This document shows, one piece after another, positions 44,272 to 55,748 of a stretch of 64,000 nt of DNA. The position numbers were made by a program, and so were the translations under genes. The first letter of the stretch is position 1. Every line of letters begins with the position of its first letter. Source of the stretch: Caecitellus pseudoparvulus (lineage: Eukaryota; Protista; Bigyra: Bicosoecida). The notes below the pieces were generated by a model. It was given only the letters and a program-made list of their open reading frames with translations. It had not been told where the DNA came from and did not search any database. Location of the stretch: the NCBI GenBank assembly GCA_965644315.1, contig CBFFRQ010000077.1, positions 62,001 through 126,000 on the forward strand, read 5' to 3'.

Positions 44272-45132
44272 TGCCCGTGGATGATTCAGTGCTGGCATTG
44301 CCGGGCAGCTACCGGGCTTGGCGAGGAAATTCACGTCTTCATGAACTCGTGTGAGGTTTGCAGAGATCTTGACAGTGACTTGGCTGTGGAAGTAGCCCTT
44401 GGTTCTGCTGTTGGTTTGAGTGTGAATGCGTGCAGAGACTAAGCTCATTATGGAAAACGCGCAGTGTGTATCTTGGGGCGATGTTGAACTTCAATGTCCG
44501 CGGTTTGTGGTTGAGCGTCGAGAATGCGGAACTTGCGGGTTTGAGACATGCTGAGGCACGGTGAAGTGCAGACACGCTGCATTGGCGGTGTGGAAAGCCA
44601 AAAACTGCTGGGCATCAGCGGCTTACACGATCCTACTACCATGCTCACGATGTTTGGCTGCCACACTTGAAGCGTTGCTCGTTTCCTTAGCTCAGCTGAG
44701 AATCCATCAATTTCCGCAGATGCCGCGTTGCAATGGGCCAACAGAAACACAACCTGCACACAGCAACAATCGCTCAAAACCTAAAGATCATGGCAGTCTT
44801 CAAAGCTTCTCAGCCTGCTTGATCCCATTCCAGCATTCTGGAGCCTGGCTGTGCATGAAGTTCTGCGAGGGAAGGATTCCACCACGCTGCCCAGACAGCA
44901 AACGACCTGTGCAGCAAAGTCAAAGCCCCCCAAGCGCGACACGCTTTGCCAGGCGAATCCATACACCCTGTGTCTTGTTTCAGATTTGTTGTTTGCCGCC
45001 TAACGTAAAGGCTCCGCCCTGTCCGCATCATCGGGAGGAGCGGAAGAGATGGGTCACCATGCTGCGGGTTTCCCGGCTACTGGGAGACAAGCAGGCAGAT
45101 GCGCCCCCCTTCGCGGTGCCTCACCACTGTCG

Positions 45133-48100
45133 ATGGCACTCATTGCAGCATTGGTGCTGTCCCAGGTATCCCGATCGGTGGCACAATTGGAGATGATCAG
45201 GGAGGACTCTGACGTTCTTCCCGAAGGTCTCCCTGACGTTCTGGTAAAGAGCGACGCCACTGAGATTGAGCCAGATACGTTCTCTGAACTCGACAGGTAT
45301 GACATAGTGAACAGCATGCAATTATTCCTGCCCAACCTTGTGCGGCTGCCCGAGATGGCCTTTGGCGGGCGGAGGTTGCACATCCTAGGGATGTTCTACT
45401 TGAATGCCCCGAGGCTGGAGCACATTGAGGAAGGAGCTTTCGAAGGCCTTTCTGGGGTTTCAGCCTTGGTTCTCCGCAGTACTCTCGCAGAGTATCCCAC
45501 GGAGGCCCTCTCCGTCTTCAATGAAGTCGCCGACCTATTCGTGACGGGCGAATTCTCTGAGCTGCCCATCGGCGCGTTGGAGCACCATCCAAACCTTCAA
45601 TCATTGGACCTGCAAGAGACAAAGATAGCATGGCTCTACGCGGGGGCTTTGTCAGGGCTTCCCCGGTTCGATTCAGATCGCCGACTGCATCTCCCAGAAT
45701 CTGCTTCAAGGTGCGAAGGCATCCCCCGATCCAGCTCGTCGGTGCATTGGAACTGTGAGCGCCTCACCTTGAAAAAGGACGACGATGATGGCATTCGCTG
45801 GTGTTTCTGCAGGCGATTTCATCCACATGCAGGATATGTCTGGAAGTCCCACCTCGGCGAATCAGCCCTCGCTGCCAGCTCTCCACCTGGCGATGACACC
45901 GACAGTTTCGATCGGTGCTACCCACCCTCCTCAACTCTAAGTATGTGCACGACTGATGGAGCAAGCACGAGTGAGTATTGTTCAATATCCCCTCCATGCT
46001 AGAGCGAGTCAATGCCTTCCACTTTGCTCGACCACAGGAGTTTGCCCAGCAGGGGAGTATGTTTGGAAGTCTTTCTTCTTCACGTATTGCAGATCATGCG
46101 CAAAGGGAAGGTACCTCCCTGGTCCACACGCACAGACATCATGCTCAGACTGTGAAATCGGTAGGTACCAGCCCTCAACCGGGCAATCTAGTTGCCTGCC
46201 TTGCGCTGGTGCAAGGGAAACTGGAAGCACGGACTGCACTGCGACTGCTTGCGAGCCCGGCGAGGCTCCGAGTTCCACATCATCTGACGGGCCTGTGGTT
46301 GAAGAGGGCAAGGAGGACACTGTCAGTGACGGAGGCGGCGACTTTAAGGTAGTGGAAGACGTAAGTCCAAAGGACGACGAAGCAGTCATTGACGCCGGTG
46401 GCGATAAGCCTATTTCAGTTGATACGTCGACTTACTCTTCGTCTTGCAGTGGCTGCACTGAGCTCATGAAACGCCTTCTCCAGAAAAATAGCTGGAGCAG
46501 TTCATTTCTTGCTAGCAGCTCTGAGAATCGGGGGTTATCCAGGCTGCTTCAGACGCAGGAGGCGACTGCGGTGGTGCATGGGAACGACCCATTCCGTCTG
46601 CTGCTCAACTCAGACACTGGTCCCTTTCTCCAAGTGGAATCAATGACGAAGTCTCTGGCAAGTTCAACGCTTGTCACTCAATGGAAAGCGCCGAAGAGTA
46701 CTCACCGGCGACTGGCAGCCTGCGAGAAGTGTGACCCAGGCAAGTACGGCACAGATGGCAAGTCTTGCAAGCCTTGCGAAGATGGTACGTTTTCAAGCAC
46801 AAAAGGAGCGAAGGAGTGCGAGACTTGGAGAACTTGTGGCGCTGGACAGCGCGTGGATACCCGCGTGACGCCATCTACAAGTGTGGATCGCGCCTGCACG
46901 GAATGCCCAGGTGGCACCCTCCAAACTTCCCCTTCCCACACCCACACAACTTGCGAAGCCCACACTGGATGCGGCGCAGGGACGCGAGTCCTCTCGCCCG
47001 GAACCTCGACATCTAACCCAACGTGCACCAGCTGCACGGGGTCAACGTGGCAGGGATCCAGCAACTTCTTCGGCAAGTCGTGCGCTCCCCGCAGCACATG
47101 TCCAGCTGGCACGTACCAGACTTCACCCGGCGACTTCAAGACGGACCGAAAATGCGAGGAGTGCTCGGAAGCCTCGTTCTCCATCTCCGAGAATGCCCCA
47201 GCTTGCAACCTATGCAAGCCTTCCTTCTTCGGTACGGGCGTGGTTGGAGCTCGCAGCTTCGAGGAAGCGTGTGCCGAATGCCCGCCTGGACGCAGCACGC
47301 GTGGGGAAGGCATGAAGGATGAGGGCGAATGTGAAGAGTGTAGAGCAGGAGCGTACCGCAAGGCGGGCATGTCCGCATGCCAGCAGTGCGGCGATGGTAG
47401 CTACTCACCCGCCGGTGCAGCGTCGTGCTCTGCTTGCCCCGCCGGCTGGTACGGGCGTGGGGACGGCCTAGGGCCAGGGTACAAGGATGCCTGCGCACCT
47501 TGCGCAGCAGGGAAGGCTTCCACAACCAAGGGTGCCTCCGACGCCAGCACTTGCACCGCTTGTGGCACAGGCAAGTGGTCCAGTGAAGGCGCCACAACCT
47601 GCGCAGCATGCGGAGCTGGCACGTACCGCAACCCATCCACCGGCTGCCAGCCTTGTCCAGCTGGGCAGTACAGTGGCGGTGGCAAGGACACGTGCACGCT
47701 CTGCCCCAATGGGCGGTACCGCACCTCAACTGGTGGTAAGGTGGAAGAGGACTGCACTGCCTGTCCTGCTGGACGCTACGGACTGGGGACTGGGAAGTCG
47801 TCACTTGCAGCTGGCTGCGGCGCCTGCGCAGATGGCGCCTGGTCTGCTTCTGGTGCTGCTAGCTGCTACGACTGCCCGCCAGGGAAGCACCAGACCAGCG
47901 AGGGATGTGCCTCGTGTGGCAAAGGTACATACCAAGATGAACCCAAGACACTTTCGTGCAAGGATTGCCCTGTTGGCCGCCACAACACCATTCTGGGGCG
48001 AAGTACCCTGGATGCCTGCTACTGGTGCCCGGCTGGCAGGTTCACAGGCTCTTCAACAGAACCCTACATACGCAGCACTGGCCGATCATTCTGCACTGAT

Positions 48101-51100
48101 TGCCTGGCTGGGCGGTATCGTGCGGTGGATGAAGGCGGCAATTGCATCGCGTGTGGCAATGGCGAGTACCAGAGCAGCACCGGAGCCACAGAGTGCACGG
48201 CTTGCCCTGTGGGTCGCTACCATGCGACGTCCCAGAGGACTGCGCTGTCTCAGTGTGCGCTCTGTGCGCCTGGGAAGTACACAGGCTCCGTTCGCAGCAG
48301 CACGTGCAGCTCCTGTGACCCTGGTTTGTTTGCCAGTGAGTCTGGCATGTCAACTTGCACACTTTGTGCCGCTGGACTGTACGCGAGCAGTGGTGGGGTG
48401 GCGGCTTGTACTGAGTGTCCAGAGGGCAAGTTCATGGACGGCCTGGGCGCCACCACTTGCACTTCATGTCCCTCTGGGCGGTACCAGGACGGGGTTGGCA
48501 GCACGGTGTGCAAGGCTTGCCCAGCTGGTCGGCACCGAGACATTGAGCTCATAGAACATGCTGGCGCTACACAGTGCTACGCATGTGCGCCGGGCAGTTT
48601 CACGTCTCGAGAAGGCGTGCACATCACTTGCTCAGCGTGCACGCCAGGCTTCCACCAGGCAGAGTGGGGTCAGACTGGCTGTGACACGTGCAACTGGGGC
48701 ACGCACTCGCCAGGCTCAGGAGCATCTTCGTGCACAGTCTGCCCATCCGGTCGATACGAAGACAGCACCACCAGTGCTGTGATTGAGTGCAAGACCTGCC
48801 CCAAGGGGCACAAGTGCAGCGGCACTGGGCTGACTGCAGCACAGAAGTGCCCCCTTGGCCAGCACCAGCCCTTGACAGGGCAAACGGTCTGCAAAGCCTG
48901 CGGCGTTGGGACGTACGCTGGCAGCACAGGACTGGTGGACTGCACCATGTGCTCCAAGGGGCAGTTCCAGTCTGAGACAGGGCAGTCTCTTTGCGTGGAC
49001 TGCGAAGGCGGCCGATACTCGGGCACAACCGGGCAGTCCACCTGTGATGCCTGCCCCGCAGGCAAGCATGGAGGGGTTGGGCTGTCTGTGTGCCAGAACT
49101 GCCAAGCTGGCTGGGCACAAGGCAGCACTGGCAAGTCGACATGCGTGCTGTGTGGTGCAGGCAAGTTCCAGGGCGGATCTGGGGCAACGCTGTGCGAAGC
49201 ATGTGCGCCAGGAACAGTGAGCGGTGCGCCAGTTTTCTTCATCTCCACCACCTGGAACCTTGCATGCAGTGCCTGTGAAGTGGGTAAATCTCAGCCAAAC
49301 TCTGAAAAGGCAACGTGTGAGCCATGTGCGTCAGGCAAGTACCAGCCTTCCATGGGCAAGAGCGAGTGCCTCAACTGCCGACGCGGGGCGTACATGTCGA
49401 GCACAGGCGCGACAGCCTGCACGACATGCCCTGCCGGGCGGGCGACTCACTTGACAGGGCAGGGCACTTGCTCCACATGCCCCACTGGGAGGTATGCGTT
49501 GGGCGCGGCCAAGGGTGACCTGTCCAAGTCGTACTTGAACTCGTACTGCATGTGGTGCGGCCCAGGCACGATGTCGCTCGGCAACACTGGGAAGTCGACA
49601 GGCATTCTCGCAGGGGCCGTGTCCGAGGCCGTGCCTGGCTGGTCCGTTCTCGGTGTGGACGGCGTGTACGATACGAAGCACTCACTTGCAACTCCTGCTG
49701 TCATCGCGGCATCACGGCCGCCCAACGAAGCCAAGGGGCTGTGGCGCCTGCCACTGAGTGAGGCAGCTGCACTCACAAGCACGATACATGTCACACCAGA
49801 GATGGACAAAGTGATGAAAGCAGTGCTGGGAGGAGAGGGCTGCCTCATGTGCACTCCAGGCAAGGCCACCTCAGGCTGGAGTCAAGGTTCCTGCACGAAC
49901 TGTGAGCCAGGACTGTACCAGCCAGGGCACGGCCACCGCTTCTGCAATGCCTGTCCAAGTGGAAAGTACTCTGCAGAGAAGACAATCGGCGGCGTGTCGC
50001 GCGGCAGCACAGTCGGGGCGACGGCTTGCTGGGACTGCCCTGCAGGTCGCATGCAGGTCATGCGGGGCATGAGCACCTGCTCCAGATGCAGCCCTGGCTT
50101 CTTCAGCTCAGGTGTAGGCCAGGAAGTTTGCTCCCCCTGCCCTGCTGGTCGCTTCACAAGTGGCTACGGGGCCACTGAGTGCGATCGGTGCCCGGCTGGC
50201 AAGAGCAACCTGGTCGTGGGGCAGAGCGTCTGCGTGGACTGCTCCCCCGGGACGTACGCAGCAGGCTCTGGCATGAAGTTGTGCACACTGTGCTCCCCGG
50301 GCACATTCACGGATGCCACTGGCGTGTCGGCCTGCAGTCAGTGTGGAACAGGCAAGTACACTAGCTCTGCAGGCCGGACAGAGTGCCAGTCCTGCCCCGC
50401 TGGCAAGCACTCCAGTCTCATGGCCACACACAGCATCGGAGCTAGCATTTGCCAGGACTGTGCCAGAGGGCGGTACAGCCCCGAGGCAGGTGCTGAGCAG
50501 TGCACGAAGGCAACTCCAGGCAGGTACGTGTCAGGGCGAGGACAGAGCACCACACAGGCTTGCCCTGTTGGAAGGTTCAGTCGGGAACACGCCGCGGCTC
50601 CCAGCGAGGGAGCACTGGTTCCACCCTCAGCGGTTCCCATGCCAGGCGGCGTGGGCGTGCCAGTCATGGACTCCTCCGTCACTTGTGAGCTGTGCCATGC
50701 TGGCAAGTACTGTGATACTCCCGGCATGACACTCAGCGACGCGAAGCTGTGCAAGGCTGGGCGATGGGGGAGGCCAGGGGCGACTTCGCCGGCTTGCCAC
50801 GGGTCCTGCCCGGCTGGTCGTATGTGCCCAGACGGCACGGCTGAAGGCGCCTCCCGACCCTGCACTGCGGGCACGTTCTGCCCGGCGGGAACAGGCGCAA
50901 CAGGAACTCGGGTGACATCTGGATTCTACTCCTACGATTCGGCCGGTGGTAGTGCCAGCATCACAGGCGGCACAGACCAGGCCCGTTGTCCACCTGGGCA
51001 TTTCTGTGTCGACGGCAAGCTCGAGAAGTGCCCTGCCGGGCGATACGAGTCCAAGTTCGGCAAGACTGCGTGCAAGAACCTCTGTTCCGCGGGCTTCTTC

Positions 51101-52660
51101 TGTCCAGAAGGCTCGACGCAGGATCGGGTACAGGCCTGTGCAGCTGGCAAGGACTCGCCTCAAGAATGGTACTGCCCAGAGGGCGTGCCATCACCCATGC
51201 GCACGTCAGACTACACTGCAGCTTCTTCTCCTGGACAGTACACCCCAGCCTACGAACCACCCACTCAGCGCACCCAAGCTACGTCCTGCTCAGGCGGCAC
51301 AGCGTGCTGGAAAGGCGTGCAGTACCCGAGGCTAGCCTTCGCAGATGACGTGTGCAAGAACGGCTTCGGCTCCATCACTGCGACAGTCCCCAGCCTGGTG
51401 GGCGAGTCCACTATCACAATCGAGCCACATACCTTGACAGTGCAGGAGAGGATGTCTGGGCCGCTGCCCACTCCCATGAGCGCTGGTCTTGTGAGTTTCT
51501 CAGTGGGGGGCGCCCTATCTGCGCCGGGCTGCAAAGCAAGCAACCCATTTACACTGTCATCGGACGGTGTGCTGACCATGTCAGGGGCCATGTCCCCGTT
51601 TGAGTGCTTCTTCTGGGCGGTCCGGGTCAGGGCGAGGGCATCATCTACCACCATAACATGTGATATAATTGTCCGCATGCAAACTGACGAGGGTGCGATT
51701 CGCGAGCCTGCTGTGAGCATCGCAGCGGGGTCAGGACACGTCTGCTACATTTCACCGCCGGCTTCCACCACGTCCTTGGGCGGCAACTTGATCTGCCTGG
51801 CAAGTGGCGGGGATTCCACTCGTGAGAAAACGCTGGCAGCTCCCTCGTCATTGTATGGATGGATGCAAGTGGTAGCGGGTGCGGCACACGTCTGCGGTTT
51901 GGATTTTCTGGGCAATGTTGTGTGCTTTGGGCGCCAGCATGTATCCAGCCGCGGCACAGAGCATGTGTGGAGCACCCCAACTGACTGGGGACGTGCCCGC
52001 AGTGTGTCCGCAGGCGAGGACTTCACCTGCGTCATCGCTGTAGGAGTGAAGAAGGGGGACGCAGTGGAGGGTGCAGGGCGCCTGCACTGCATCGGATCCA
52101 ACGCGGAGCTCGGCTCTGCTTGGGCGGCGGCACAGCCAAGCTTCATGGACAAGCAGATCGCCGCAGTCTCCGTGGGTGGCAACGCAGTCTGTACCATTGC
52201 CTCCAGCGACGGCAGCCTCGCCTGCTTCGGCACGTCGGGCGCTTCTCGCTTACTGGCCAGCGTGCCGACTGGCGCGTTCAAGCAAGTCTCTGTGGGGCTG
52301 ACTGGAAACGCCTGTGGTCTACGGCGATCTGACTCCAAACTGCTGTGCTGGGGTGCGCAGTGGTCCGTTGGCACCATGGAGTACCCGGCCGCCTTCACCG
52401 CCGTGGCTGTGGGGGAGGACTGGATCTGCGGCGTGTTGCTTAGCGACAGCAAGCTGCAGTGCTACGGGAACATCATCCCGCGGGTCTTCTCCTCCTACAG
52501 CAACATCCCCACAGAGCCAGTCGTGCAGGTGGCGGCTGGCAAGGACATGCTCTGCGTCACGCAAACGTCCGGCTTGGTGCAGTGCTTTGGGCGCAGCCAG
52601 GTCAGCGCAAGTGCAGTGTCGCGGCTGGGCGAGGGTGTGCTGGCCCTGCTGCCCATGTGA
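45133..52660 (+). CDS. Giant secreted protein: signal peptide, LRRs, many GCC2/GCC3 (ephrin-receptor-like/TNFR-like) Cys repeats, cadherin/Ig-like segment, C-terminal RCC1-like propeller
   Basis: ORF 45049-46002 (MALIAALVLSQVSRSVA; LEHIEEGAFEGL; LQSLDLQETKI) joins ORF 45956-52660 in phase through intron 45971-46037 (GTGAGT...CACAG). Dozens of CxxCPAGxY repeats. RCC1-like units VSAGEDFTC, VAVGEDWICG, VAAGKDMLC. Confidence 0.8.
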
Positions 52661-53361
52661 GCCGCTTGAGCTCACAACTTGGCTTCTCCACACCACTTCG
52701 CTTAGGTTTGGGAGCGCTTGAATGTTCATCTTGACTATCTTCCACTGTTCAGGTCTTTTCCCTTCGTGTCCGTTCTTCTCACCTTACCGCAGCCTTGCAG
52801 TCAGATAGAAGCGCTGAGCACAGCATGCCTGGCATGCCAGCCAGGTCCGAGCTCAAGGGGCTTCCACACCAAACGATATTTTGGAACAAGCTCTTGGGCT
52901 GCCGCTGCAACACCTACTGTCCAATTCACTTGCTTTTTGTTGTGCAACGCAGGGCTGGGACACATGAAGATGGGTGTTGGTCTCTAAAGGTCCACTTCGG
53001 CGTCATTGACGTCTGAATCCAAGCAGCATGCAAACGTTCTCATCTAGCATGGTGTTATTGATGCCCTCTCTCGCAATTTCGCACTCAGTGATAGTTTCGA
53101 CGTGCCAGGGATCATCGCGTGTCGTGAACGATGAACTGCGCCACCTTTCGCCTTGATACTCTGAAGCAAATTCAGAGAAGAACACAAAATCACGCACAGA
53201 CCCTTAACTTATTGTGTTCCCTATGCGCTGTCTCATTTTGGAACGCACACTCCAGTTTTTGAGCCGCTGCGGCGCGTTCGCCTGCTACCTCGAGGTTGCG
53301 GAAATCGGTTCCACAGCCGTCTCCCTCCTTGTGCACCGTGCCTGGCCCCAAAGCTTCTAGC

Positions 53362-54041
53362 ATGGAGTGGAGGGAGCTTCACGCAAACCTTGGTCATTTA
53401 CTTCTTGGGGACGCCCCAAGCCTGGCTCGGCACCACTGGTGCGTGGTTTCTGGGGTTTGGCGTTGGTGCCTGCTGCTCACTTCCCACATCATTTCATTCA
53501 CCCCTTGTTGCGCAGCGTTTTAGGGCTCGCATCTGGCATCAATGAGATCCTCTGCCCTGCATGTGGCGTGCTGCTCGTATCTGGCGTGACGGGTTCGCAC
53601 TGCATTGAACGGGTCAAGCCGAGCAGCGCAGCGTCTGGGACAGCCGGTCTGGACACGCCCCGGCGACGAAGGCAGCGAAAGTACCGATGCCGGGTCAACT
53701 GCACAGCGTGCGGGCATCAGGGCACTCTACCCATATCCCAACCACGTGAGGCTCGCAAGAAACGCTCCCGTGGCGAACGCAGGCGCCGCGCCGTCGCGGC
53801 TGCCGCGGCAGCTGACGCCAAGACGCAGCAGCGGCTGGCATTGGAAGCGATTAAAGGTCGTGGGTTGCAGGTCATCGGTGGCGGCTCTTTGGCCTCCTCC
53901 TGCAATCGACTCCCCCCCAGCGCCGCCCGGGGCAAGCTGGGGTCGGGCCTCGCTGCGACCATGGGCATGGCTTCGTCGGCGCCTGCGACCAAGTCGTCTT
54001 TCCTGGCACTGGGGGCTGCCCTGAGGGGAGGGGGGCTGTGA
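53362..54041 (+). CDS. RNase P/MRP Rpp21/Rpr2/Snm1-like zinc-ribbon protein
   Basis: Intron 53439-53515 gives LARHHC...ILCPACGVLLVSGVT...RVNCTACGH, which has the Rpr2-like CxxC...CxxC spacing. Confidence 0.65.
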
Positions 54042-54044
54042 GCC

Positions 54045-54796
54045 TCACGTGTCTGACTCGCGCTGGCGCTTGACCCCCCCTCGCTGTGCAGGGGGGGGTG
54101 GCGCAGGGGGGACGTCCCATCTGGAGGTGGGGGGGGGGGCCCAGGTACCGGCACCCCCCCCCCGGTAGAGGGCGGGGGGGGCAGGGGTGGAGACGCCTGG
54201 GTGGCCCATGCAGGGCGGGTGGCTGCAGATGTTCCACGTTGGGGCGCTGCGTGTTCCCGCTGCGCCGCGCGCAGCGCTGCAGGTGCAAAGCCAGGCACAT
54301 CCACGTCAGCAGGCACCTGCCAGGTGACGCGGCCGTCCAGCGTGTTCCACCAATACACCGCCCCAGTGTCTTTCACCTGCACTGGTCGCCATGTCGGCGC
54401 CTGGCTCGCTGCCTCTTGGCGTGTTGCAGGGTGCCTCCAGCTGCTGGCGCCAGCCGCGTCGTAGTAGTACGTGGGCCCATCGGGCGGCACCCGGGCTGCC
54501 TTCCAGCCAGCAGGGAGACCTTCCACTGTAACAGGCACTGGGGCAGCTCTGGGGCGGGCGTGCAGGGCTGAGGCTGCCTGGGTTTGGGCCTTGGCTGCGG
54601 CTTGCGCCTTGCTTCGCTGCTGCACCATGCGCAGGGTGTTGTCTCGAGAGGCGCTGAGGCGAGGAGGGGCCGCCCGGGCAGAGGTGCCGACACTCTGACC
54701 AGCCTTGTTTAGATGTGCTCTGGCTGCGTCACGTGCTTTGCGCGCTGCGATCTCCTCTGCCGCGCGGTCAGCCAGGGACTTGGGTCGGGCTGGCAT
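54045..54796 (-). CDS. Tandem WW-domain protein with Pro-rich tail; 3' end uncertain (frameshift or intron)
   Basis: LPAGWKAARVPPDGPTYYYDAAGASSWRHP and WRPVQVKDTGAVYWWNTLDGRVTWQVP. The likely true end SRWDVPP...GVKRQRESDT* is in another frame, with stop at 54045. Confidence 0.7.
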
Positions 54797-54802
54797 GGCG
54801 GG

Positions 54803-54812
54803 CAATTTCCGC
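54803..54812. promoter_or_regulatory. Recurring motif CAATTTCCGC (candidate cis-element)
   Basis: Exact copies on either strand at 2046, 12231, 40043, 44708 and 54803, all non-coding. Confidence 0.45.
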
Positions 54813-54977
54813 AGCCTCCAGCACGGGCAACTGCTCACAACGCCTCCAGAAACAATCCAATAAGTCGCAGAATAAAGAAAAAACAGGTATTCGTTTGTGC
54901 GCAGTCGCACTTGGAGTGCCTGCTGCACCTCATTTTTCTGTTGTAGCCAACTGTCGCTTGTGTGCGGCTTGCTAGCC

Positions 54978-55453
54978 ATGACTGAGGCAGGGCAGCAAGA
55001 CGCCGAGGCCATCAGCAAGCAGCTGTATGAAACAATGAAGCCGCACGTCAAAGCTTGCAACGAGCAGCTGGAACAGATTGTGGACAACCAGCAGCGCACT
55101 GCCGCTGCCATTGAGGCCTGCCTGGCTCGTGAGTGTGCAACGCAGGCGAAACGCTGGTCTGCTCCCTTGCCCGTATCTTGCATGCGCTTCGCTCACGTGA
55201 CGTAGAGCTGGGCGAAGCTGGCAGCATTGAAATCTCAGAACACACAGCAGAGCTGCCTCTGCGTCTGCATGCTTTGCGCCGGCGAGCTGCAGCGGTGCAG
55301 AAGACTCTGACTGGCGCTGCAGCTGACTTGGCGCGCACCAGCGCATTGCTGGCGAGCCACGGCTTCCAGGGTCCGGTTCCTGCTGGGCAGGACACGACTG
55401 AGGATGAGGAAGTCCAGAGTCAGCCCGGCAGTGTCGCAGCTGACTCTCCGTGA
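54978..55453 (+). CDS. Snapin/BLOC-1/BORC subunit-like small coiled-coil protein
   Basis: ISKQLYETMKPHVKACNEQLEQIVDNQ, intron 55129-55205, then RLHALRRRAAAVQKTL. Size and pattern resemble the Snapin/Pallidin family. Confidence 0.55.
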
Positions 55454-55748
55454 GGTGGGTGCGGGGGCAGTCTCATGTGAGCAAGCCGTCAACCCTCTCA
55501 TGTTGGAGGAGGGCCAAGAGCACGGATCTGGAGAGTACAGGGCAGAGAACACAGGCAGCATGGACGCAGTGTGCGTGTGTTGATGTGCTACTGATGCTTC
55601 CTGGCGTGGAGGGGGTGCAGCGCTGAGTCATTGGAGGCAGAGTCGTGCAGCTGAGGCTTGTTGCCAAATGCACCCCTTCACGCGACACCACGGTTCCTGT
55701 GGCCCACATTATGGAATGTCCTGTTGTATCGCCCCACACACACCACGC

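Noticed and set aside
53003-53197. 64-aa ORF in the low-GC spacer
   Set aside because: Non-ATG start, short, and no motif; cannot support it as a gene or ncRNA.
53717-55183. 488-aa ORF overlapping both neighbours
   Set aside because: The 5' part is antisense to snapin; the likely start is 54796 and the 3' extension is probably a frameshift artefact.
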